Source: Nymphaea colorata (taxonomy: Eukaryota). From it: 64,000 nt of DNA. Position numbers and translations under genes: made by a program. The stretch spans positions 18,538,001 to 18,602,000 of the forward strand of contig NC_045138.2 in the NCBI RefSeq assembly GCF_008831285.2, given 5' to 3'. The notes under the pieces were generated by a model, which searched no databases, was not told the origin of the DNA, and worked only from the letters and a program-made list of their open reading frames with translations. Below are positions 53,001 to 64,000 of this stretch, piece by piece. How positions within the stretch are numbered: position 1 is the stretch's first letter; the number at the start of each line of letters is the position of its first letter.

Positions 53001-56000
53001 AGATAAGACCTCTGATCGTAATTCAACAAATTCGCTTCAGATAAGACCATTGATCGAAGTTCAACTATATTATGATTAGATAAGACCACTGATCGAAGTC
53101 CAACAACATTCAGATTAGATAAGGTAGCTGATCGAAGTTCCATAATATTCAGATCCGATAAGACCAGTGATAGAAGTTTTACAACATTCAGATCACATAT
53201 GACCACTGATCGAAGTTCAACAATATTCAGGTCAAACAAGATCACTGATCGAAGTTCAACAATATTCAGATCAAACAAGACCACTGATCGAAGTTCAACG
53301 ATATTCAGATCACATAAAACCTTCGATCAAAGTTCAACTATTTTCGGATCAGACAAGACCACTGATCGAAGTTTTACGATATTCAGATCAAACAAGACCA
53401 TTGATCGAAGTTCAACATTATTTGGATCAGATAAGACCTCTGATCGTAATTCAACAAATTCGCTTCAGATAAGACCATTGATCGAAGTTCAACTATATTA
53501 TGATTAGATAAGACCACTGATCGAAGTCCAACAACATTCAGATTAGATAAGGTAGCTGATCGAAGTTCCATAATATTCAGATCCGATAAGACCAGTGATA
53601 GAAGTTTTACAACATTCAGATCACATATGACCACTGATCGAAGTTCAACAATATTCCGATCAGACAAGACCACTGATCGCTGTTAAACAGTATTCTGATC
53701 AGACAAGACCACTGGTCGAAGTTCAACGATATTTAGATCAGATAAGACCACTGATCGAAGTTTATCTATATTCAGATCGGACATGACCACTGATCGAAGT
53801 TCTACAATATTTAGGTCAAGCAAGACCATTGAACGAAGTTCAACAATATTTAGATCAGATAAGACCTCTGATCGTAGTTCAACAATATTCGTGTCGGATA
53901 GGACCACTGGTCGAAGTTCTACAATATTCAGATCAAACAAGACCATTGATCGAAGTTCAACAATATTTAGATCAAATAAGACCTCTGATCGTAGTCCAAC
54001 AACATTCAGATTAGATAAGGTAGCTGATCGAATTTCCACAATATTCAAATCTGATAAGGCCATTGATCGAAGTTCAACTATATTCGGATAAGACAAGACC
54101 ACTGATCGAAGTTCTACAAAATTCAGATCAAACAAGACCATTAATCAAAGTTTGAACAATATTTAGCTCAGATAAGACCTCTTATCGTAATTCAACAACA
54201 TTCAGATTAGATAAGGTAGCTGATCGAAGTTCCATAATATTCAGATCCGATAAGACCAGTGATAGAAGTTTTACAACATTTAGATCACATATGACCACTG
54301 ATCGAAGTTCAACAATATTCCGATCAGACAAGACCACTGATCGCTGTTAAACAGTATTCTGATCAGACAAGACCACTGCTCGAAGTTCAATGATATTTAG
54401 ATCAGATAAGACCACTGATCGAATTTTATCTATATTCAGATCGGACATGACCACTGATCGAAGTTCTACAATATTTAGGTCAAGCAAGACCATTGAACGA
54501 AGTTCAACAATATTTAGATCAGATAAGACCTCTGATCGTAAGTCAACAAATTTGCTTCAGATAGGACCATTGATCGTAGTTCAACATTATTCAGATCAAA
54601 CAAGACCATTGATCGAAGTTCAACAATATTTAGATCAAATAAGACCTCTGATCGTAGTCCAACAACATTCAGATTAGATAAGGTAGCTGATCGAAGTTCC
54701 ACAATATTCAAATCTGATAAGGCCATTGATCGAAGTTCAACTATATTCGGATAAGACAAGACCACTGATCGAAGTTCTACAATATTCATATCAAACAAGA
54801 CCATTAATCGAAGTTTGAACAATATTTAGTTCTGATAAGACCTCTTATCGTAATTCAACAATATTCGCTTCAGATAAGACCATTGATCGAAGTTCAACTA
54901 TATTCTAACTAGATAAGACCACTGATCGAAAGCCGACAACATTCAGATTAGATAAGGTTGTTGATCGAAGTTCCACAATATTCATATCTGATAAGAGTCC
55001 CAATGATAGAAGTTCTACAACATTCAGATCACATATGACTATTGATTAAAGTTCAACAATATTCCGATCAAACAAGACCGCTGATCGAAGTTCTATAATA
55101 TTCAGATCAGACAAGACCACTGATCGAAGTTCAACAATATTCAGGTAAACAAGATCACTGATCGAAGTTCAACAATATTCAGATCAAACATGACCACTGA
55201 TCGAAGTTCAACGATATTCAGATCACATAAAACCTCCAATCAACGTTCAACTATTTTCGGATCAGACAAGACCACTGATCAAAGTTTTACAATATTCAGA
55301 TCAAACAAGACCGTTGATCGAAGTTCAACATTATTTGGATCAGATAAGACCTCTGATCGTAATTCAACAAATTCGCTTCAGATAAGACCATTGATCGAAG
55401 TTCAACTATATTATGATTAGATAAGACCACTGATCGAAGTCCAACAACATTCAGATTAGATAAGGTAGCTGATCGAAGTTCCATAATATTCAGATCCGAT
55501 AAGACCAGTGATAGAAGTTTTACAACATTCAGATCACATATGACCACTGATCGAAGTTCAACAATATTCAGGTCAAACAAGATCACTGATCGAAGTTCAA
55601 CAATATTCAGATCAAACAAGACCACTGATCGAAGTTCAACGATATTCAGATCACATAAAACCTCCGATCAAAGTTCAACTATTTTCGGATCAGACAAGAC
55701 CACTGATCGAAGTTTTACGATATTCAGATCAAACAAGACCACTGATCGAAGTTCAACAATATTTAGATCAGATAAGACCTCTGATCGTAGTTCAACAATA
55801 TTCGTATCGGATAGGACCACTGGTTGAAGTTCAACTATATTTTGATTAGATAAGACCACTTATCGAAGTCCAACAACATTCAGATTAGATAAGGTAGCTG
55901 ATCGAAGTTCCACAATATTCCAATCTGATAAGTCCACTGATCGAAGTTCAACTATATGCGGATCAGACAAGACCATTGATCGAAGTTCTATAGTATTCAG

Positions 56001-59000
56001 ATCAGATAAGGCCACTGATCGAAGTTCAACTATATTTGGTTGAGACATGACCACTGTTCGATGTTCTACAATATTTTGGTCAAGCAAGTCCTCTGATCGT
56101 AGTTCAACAATATTTAGATTAGATAAGTCCTCTGATCGTAGTTCAACAATATTCGCATCAGATAAGAACCACTGGTCGAAGTTCAACTATATTATGATTA
56201 GATAAGACCACTTGTCGAAATTCCACAATATTCAAATCAGATAAGACCACTGATCGAAGTTCAACTATATTTGGATCAGTGAAGACCACTGATCGAATTT
56301 CTACAATATTCAGATCAAACAAGACTATTGATCGAAGTTCAACAATATTTAGATCAGATAAGACCTCTGATCGTAATTCAACAATATTCGCTTCTGATAA
56401 GACCATAGATCGAAGTTCTACTATATTATGATTCGATTGGACCACTGGTCGAAGTCCAACAACATTCAAGATAGATAAGGTTGTTGATTGAAGTTTCACA
56501 ATATTCAGATCTGATAATACCAGTGATAGAAGTTCTAAAACATTCAGATCACATATGACCAATGCTCGAAGTTCAACAATATTTCGATCAGACAAGACCA
56601 CTGATCGATGTTCTACACTCTTTAAATCAAACAAGACCACTGATCGAAGTTCAATAATATTCAGATCAGACAAGACCGCTGATCAAAGTTCAACAGTATT
56701 CATATCACATAAAACCACCGATCGAAATTCAACTATATTCGGATCAAACAAGTCCACTGATCGAAGTTCTACAATATTCATATCAAACAAGACCATTGAT
56801 CGAAGTTCAACAATATTGAGATCAGATAAGACCTTTGATCGTAATTCAACAATATTCGCTTCAGATAAGACCATTGATCGAAGTTCCACAATATTCAGAT
56901 CACATAAAACCACCGATCGAAGTTCAACTATATTCGGATCAGACAAGACCACTGATCGAAGTTCTACAATATTTAGATCAAACAAGACCATTGATCGAAG
57001 TTCAACAATATTTAGATCAGATAAGACCTCTGATCGTAATTCAACAGTATTCGCTTCAGATAAGACCATTGATCGAAGTTCAACTATATTCTGACCACTG
57101 ATCGAAGTCCATCAGCATTCATATTAGATGAGGTATCTGATCGAATTTCCACAATATTCGGATCTGATAAGACCGGTGATAGTTCTACAACATTCAGATC
57201 ACATATGACAACTGATCGAGGTTCAACAATAATCTGATCAGACAAGTCCACTGATTGAAGTTCTACAGTATTTAGATCAAACAAGACCACTGATTGAAGT
57301 TCAACAATATAAAGATTAGATAAGGCCAGTGATTGAAGTTTAACTATATTCGGATCAGACATGACCATTGATCGAAGTTCTACAATATTTAGGTCAAGCA
57401 AGACCATTGATCGAAGTTCAACAATATTTAGATTAGATAAGACCTCTGATCGTAGTTCAACAATATTCACATCGGATAGGACCACTGGTCGAAGTTCAAC
57501 TATATTCTGATTAGATAAGACCACTTATCGAATTCCAACAACATTCAGACTAGATAAGGTAGCTGATCGAAGTTCCACAATATTCAAATCTGATAAGACC
57601 ACTGATCGAAGTTCAACTATATTTGGATCAGACAAGACCACTGACCAAAGTTCTACAATATTCAGATCAAACAAGACCATTGATTGCAGTTCAACAATAT
57701 TTAGATCAGATAAGACCTCTGATCGTAGTTCAACAATATTTGCTTCACGTAAGACCACTGGTCGAAGTTCAACTATATTCTGATTAGATAAGACCACGTA
57801 TCGAAGTCCAACAACATTCACATTAGATAAGGTAGCTGCTCGAAATTCCACAATATTCAAATCTGATAAGAACACTAATCGAAGTTCTACAACATTCAGA
57901 TCACATATGACCACTGATCGAAGTTAAACAATATTCCTATCAGGCAAGACCACTGATCGAAGTTCTACATTATTCAAATCAGACAAGACCACTATTCGGA
58001 TCATACAAGACCGCTGATCAAAGTTCTACAATATTCCGATCAAACATGACCATTGATCGAAGTTTGAACAATATTTAGATCAGATAAGACCTCTGACCGT
58101 AATTCAACAATATTCGCTTCAGATAAGACCATTGTTCGAAGTTCAACTATATTCTTATTAGATAAGATCACTGATCGAAGTTCAACAACATTCAGATTAG
58201 ATAAGGTTGCTGATCGAAGTTTCACAATATTCAGATCTGATAAGAGTCCCAGTGATATAAGTTCTACAACATTCAGATCACATATGACCACTGATCGAAG
58301 TTCAACAATATTCCGATCAGACAAGACCCATGATCGAAGTTCTACAATATTTAGATCAGACACTGATTGAAGTTTTACAATATTCAGATCAAACAAGACC
58401 ACTGATCAAAGTTCAACAATATTCAGATCACATAAAGCCATCGATCAAAGTTCAACTATATTCGGTTCAGACAAGACCACTGATCGAAGTTGTACAATAT
58501 TCAGATCAAACAAGTCCATTGATCGAAGTTCAAGAATATTTAGATATGATAAGACCTTTGATCGTAATTCTACAATATTCGCTTCGGATAAGACCATTGA
58601 TCAAAGTCCAACTATATTCTGATTAGATTAGACCACTGATTGAAGTCCAACAACCTTCAGGTTAGATAAGGCAACTGATTGAAGTTCCACAATATTCAAA
58701 TTTGATAAGACCAGTGATAGAAGTTCTAAAACACTCAGATCACATATGACCGCTGATCGAAGTTCAACAATATTCAGATCAGACAAGACCACTGATCGAA
58801 GTTCAACAATATTCAGATCAGACAAGACCACTGATCGAAGTTCAGCAATATTCAGATCAGACGAGACCACTTGTCGAAGTTCAACAATATTCAGATCACA
58901 TAAAACCACCGATCAAATTCAACTATATTCGGATCAGACAAGACCACTGATCGAAGTTCAACAATATTTACATCAGATAAGACCTCTGATCGTAATTCAA

Positions 59001-60790
59001 CAATATTCGCTTCAGATAAGACCATTGATCGAAGTTCAACTATATTCTTATTAGATAAGACCACTGATCGAAGTCCAACAACATTCAGATTAGATAAGGT
59101 AGCTCATCGAAGTTCCACAATATTCAGATCTGATAAGACCAGTGATAGAAGTTCCACAACATTCAAATCACATATGACCACTAATCGAAGTTCAACAATA
59201 TTCAGATCAGATAAGACCACTGATCGAAGTTCAACTATGGTCGGATCAGACATGACCACTAATCGAAGTTCTAATCGAAGTTCTGCAATATTTAGGTCAA
59301 GCATGACCATTGATCGAAGTTCAACAATATTCGCATCGGGTAGGACCACTGGTCGTAGTTCAACAATATTCGCACCGGGTAGGACCACTGGTCGAAGCTC
59401 AACAATATTTAGATCAGATATGACCAATGATTGAAGTTCAGCAATATTGAGATCAGATAAGACCATTGGTCGTAGTTCAACAATATTCAAATCTGATAAG
59501 ATCATCAATCGAAGTTCAACAATATTTGGATCAGATAAGACCACTGATCAAAGTTCAACAATTTTAGATAAGATATGACCACTGATCGAAGTTCAACAAT
59601 ATTCAGATTAGATAGGACCACTGATCGATGTGAAACAATTTTCAGATCTGGTTTGGCCATAGATCGAAGTTCAAAAATTTTTCGAGCTCAACAATTTTAT
59701 GCTCAGATAGGACGAATGATTGAAGTTCAACAATATTCATATCAAATAAGATCACTGATCGAAGATCAACAATTTTTAGATGAGATAAGACCATTGATGG
59801 TAGTTCAATGCCTTTCATATCAAATAAGACTACTTATCGAAGTTTAACAATTTTCAAATCTGATTAGACAACTATCGATGTTCGACAATTTTCATATCCA
59901 ATAAGTCCATTGATCAGATTAGACAATTCATCGAAGTTCAATAATTTTTAGATTAGATAAGGCCACCGATCGAAGTTCGACAATTTTCAGTTCAGGTAAG
60001 ACTACTGATCGAAGTTTAACAATCTTCAGATCAGATAAGATTACTGATCTAAGTTCAAGAATGTTTAGACAAGACATATGATCAAACTTCAAGAATTTTT
60101 ACATCTGATATGACCACTGATTGGACTTCAACAATTTTCAGTTTGATAAGACCATTGATTGTAGTTCAATATTTTTCAGATCAGATAAGACCACTAATGG
60201 AAGCTCAGCAATTTTCGGTTCAGATATAGCCAATGATTGAAGTTCAAAAATTTTGATATGAGATAAGACCTCTGATCAAATTTCAACGATTTTCACATCA
60301 GATAAGATCAGTAATCAACGTTCAAGAATTTTGAGATAAGATGAAACAATCGATCGGAGATCAACAATTTTCTGATCAGATGGGACCGTTGATCGAACTT
60401 CAACAATTTTGTGATAAGACATTGATCGAAGTTCAACAATTTTCAAATCAAATAACACCATTGATGTACACTATCAAATATATTCCAATCCAACAATTTT
60501 AGATCGTATACAGCCATGGATCCCAACCCACATCAGAACAATTCGTGAATATGAGGAATTGTACGTTTGGTCACTAATTGTTAAGGCCTCACCTAGGCAT
60601 GGATCACATAAGACCATTGATCTGAACCCACTGCCAAATCCAAATCCTACAATTTCTAGATACGTTAAAACTATTAATCTAAAACCACAATACGCCCAAA
60701 TTCGGATACTCTAGGATTAGATATGACCATTGATCAAAGTTTAGCACTTTTCAGGTCAAATAAGACCATTGATCGAAGTTCCGCAATATT
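47045..60790. repeat. Satellite array, 39-bp monomer (consensus GACCACTGATCGAAGTTCAACAATATTCAGATCAGACAA), roughly 340-350 copies, with higher-order repeats
   Basis: Continuous head-to-tail monomers. Near-identical blocks recur at 857-bp and 428-bp spacing. Edges (47045-47500, 59550-60790) are degenerate. Confidence 0.97.
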
Positions 60791-63700
60791 CGAAACTCCC
60801 CTAGATATTTTTGAATTTGTGGAAAGTAATGCTCTTTTGTATACTTTCATAACTTTTCTTCTCTATTGTTCCTGTCATGGGCTGAACAGTTCCAATCTTT
60901 TTTTTTTTAATTTATCTCTCTATTGAAAATTTTCTTGGATTTTCATCAACATCTTTGACATTTTTTGCCCATGATTCTATATTAGCTTTGGAAGAAAATT
61001 TGTATATTTTTCTCAAGCACTTGGTCTCGTAATTTTTTGTAGGATTTTGCTTAATTTCTTAAATATTTTCTTGATTGTTTCTCAAGAAAATGCAAATTTT
61101 TACCACTGGTTGTTTAATTGTGTGGGAATTTTTCAAATTTTCAGTGTTTTTTTTTTAATTGTCATTCCATCTGCATTTTGAGATGTTTTCTTTATATGCA
61201 AAATCCTGCATAATGTGAAAATATCCAATGTTTTCGGATGTGAACATATACTTTTCATATCCTTTTTGCAGTTTTATGTGCAGTGTCGTGAGTTACTTTT
61301 CAAGGAATGGCAATAATTATGTGATGTTCTATTATATTTCCTGTTAGAGCATGGGGAACACATTGCCATTTGACAGGTACACGGTCATGTCTACATCTCC
61401 AAAGCATTTAGTAGAATGTAACTTGAGGAACCATAGAAAGTCCTCGTTTAGTTATGTCTGATCATTCGTTGTTGAATACCATGTTGGAACCTTGATTACT
61501 GAAAAGCTTGCAGAGGTTTTTATTTTCTATATCATTTGTTTAAAATGGTTTGCACAAATCCATGTTTTTTAACAGACCGATGTTACTTAAATTTCCTCTA
61601 TAAACAGGAAGTTTTGGAACTAAAAAATTTGCTTTTACAAGGATTAGCTAAGGATAAGGTCAACGGGAGGTTCTACTTTTGAGGAATTCAGAATCCAGTA
61701 GTTGGTTTGTCTTTTGCTTCTTGCTGGATATTCTTGACCTATTTGGTTGCTTTGTCTGGTCCATTTTTTTGGGTCATGCATTGCTCTTTACATTTTATGA
61801 AGCTGTCCTTGGGTGAGTGCAGCTTGTTGTTATTTCATTGTCTTTTCTACTCATTGTTATGTTTCACTTGTGTTTATGTTTCCATACAATTTTTATTCAA
61901 GTAGCTGTTTTATAATTATATCATGTCTTTTTGTTTCCTGACATTTGACTTGGTACTTACCCTTGTTGTGCGAATCCAATATGTTGTGCAATGTCCCTCT
62001 AGTTGACATTTCATGGAACACAACGATGGTGTGTGTGGTTCAACGAAGATAATGTTTTGCCAATTATGGCTAGCTTACTGCTTAAGCAGGTGTTTATGTG
62101 GTAAAAGAACTAAAGTTCTCTCATGTATTAGTTTTATAAGGGACCTAAAATTGTTCTCAAGTAAAACCATTTTTAAGTTCATTAATTTGTATTGATCTTT
62201 TGAAACGTACCCAATAATCAGTAGGTCAACGATACTCAATTTAGCTGTAATCTAGGAAATAGTATTACTTTTCTGATTTAACAATCATTTTGACAAAAAT
62301 GCTCTTATCGACTTTTAATGGATATTAGAAAAACTTGTTTTCTTAACTATATTGAAAATGTAGGTGTCTTTTGAATATCTGCATTTTGTGTTTTTGAAAC
62401 TTTATTAATATTTTTAGACAAAATTTAAGGCAGTCTAGTGATAGACCCCGTCCGAACATACCTTATTATTTAATTGGCTCAAGTGCTAAGGGAAGATAAG
62501 ATTACTATAGCAATTGGGAAGAACATACAACATGAAATGTGCGAAGCAGCTCTCTCTGTCTTCCCCACACTCGTACATAAATTCAAACTCAATTGATCGT
62601 AAATCATTCATATTGGATCATCAAATGATTCATATAAGACACACGTGCATCCACAGTCGGCTTTCAATGAATTTTTTGGTTTTTTGTGGTAGCAGAGGTA
62701 GGATATTTTTGGTTAAAGGGCACTTGAGTTATGTTTGGTGTGCACACACCACATAATTTATTGGATCTCATAGTGTTGTTTTTTTAGTAAATCCTTTATT
62801 GCTCCGAGAATTCTTGACCACTGAGAAGAAACCAAGATGCCGTTCAAAGCTGTCGGTCTGACATCCACTAGTTGGGGGTCCAAGATCCTCATCCCAAAAT
62901 GTACCAAAGGTAATTTACCCAGCATTTTTTACTCTTTCTTTTATTAGATGACTCTTGACATCTTTTTTGCATAATCAGGATACAATTGATTTTTTCTTAT
63001 TTATGCGAAAAAATGTACTTTAAGACCTGTTTAGATGAGGCAAAGTTAGTATTACCAGGAAAATATGAGAAGATGAATAAGGAAAATTTAGTATAAACTC
63101 CCTTTTTTGAAGAGAGTCTCAAATATGAGACTTAAGTTTCTGATTTTTTTAAATACTTTGTTAGTTTTACTTAATATCAATGTTGTTAGAATCAGCTTAA
63201 AAGAATGGCACTGACGTTTTTTTGTTACAGCGTTGTTTAACTCAAGATGATAACGTTGAAGGGTATGGACTCATACGTTGCTCTGAGGTACCCTTCTATC
63301 TCTACTTTCTACAGAAAGTCAGAAACTACCACACAGTATACAACATTCCTTTTTTGTTTAGTTTTGGGGCAGCTTTGAAACTATTTTGAAGATAGTCAAA
63401 AGCGATATAAATAGGTTGTGGACTATAAATGATAGGGATAAGATCAACTCTAGCTTTCTGTTGGTATTACCTTTGGAAAGTGCTAATAGTACTATTAAGT
63501 TTTCGTGAAGGGGCATTAAGTAGCTCACCAATTTTTGTGGGCAAAATAAAACATTCAATAATTTATAAAACATTAATTTTCCCGTTAAAAGAAAGTTAGT
63601 AGCTCACCAATTTCTTGTCCACAGCACATTTATTCTTTTTGTACGGGGGAGGTTCCGATCAGAAGGCAATTTTTCTGCCCGACCCTAGTATATGGTTGTT

Positions 63701-64000
63701 GGAGTTCACTTTGGCGCTCCTTCATGAGTCATGCCCGTCAAATAATCTAGTCGAAAGATAATTATAGCTCAGCTCGTGGAGTCCCCATCACAAAACCTGA
63801 ATATCGTTTAGGCAAGTTAGTTGTGGGGTTTTCAACTTGCGCAATCTAAGAACAATTTGTCTTGTTTACAAATCTAAGAGTTTTTATTTTTAAAATTTTT
63901 TTGAAGATTTCGGAAGAATTTTGTTAAAAAAAAAAAAGATTTGCCGTACCGTATTATATGAGATGAAAAACACTCAGTTTTAAATCTTGTAAATGATATT

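Noticed and set aside
47233..59847. Many ORFs with an LRR-looking 13-aa repeat (LRSVVLSDLNIVE) and its other-frame equivalents
   Set aside because: Artefact of a 39-bp (multiple of 3) monomer. The HOR units carry 1-bp deletions, and CpG decay runs both ways (CGA to CAA and to TGA stop), so no coding constraint is evident.
47045..60790. CRISPR-like array
   Set aside because: Monomers are contiguous with no unique spacers, no cas genes are present, and the context is eukaryotic.
62430..63755. Helitron 3' terminus candidates (CTAG at ~62436, ~63686, ~63747)
   Set aside because: No convincing GC-rich hairpin 10-15 bp upstream of any of them.

Overview
Plant (angiosperm) nuclear DNA, repeat-rich, with no prokaryotic features. 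The left ~36 kb is a tandemly duplicated DUF247 (UPF0481) cluster. It holds two apparently intact two-exon genes (17705-19886, 23846-25755) and one transposon-disrupted chimeric pseudogene (1-2675), set among re-used intergenic blocks. It also contains a young full-length Ty1/copia element (28323-33984; 329-bp LTRs, AAGAC TSD, empty site preserved in the paralogous block), a decayed copia remnant, several hAT-type MITEs with 8-bp TSDs, and a Tourist/PIF-like element carrying an mTERF gene fragment plus two nested elements. The right part holds a tRNA-derived SINE, a chain of co-oriented gene fragments (SKIP5-like F-box exon twice, PDIL5-2-like exons with intact intron) and a Ty3/gypsy gag remnant. 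That remnant abuts a ~13.7-kb satellite of 39-bp dyad-symmetric monomers with 857-bp (22-mer) and 428-bp (11-mer) higher-order repeats. Family assignments come from motif recognition by eye, not database searches.
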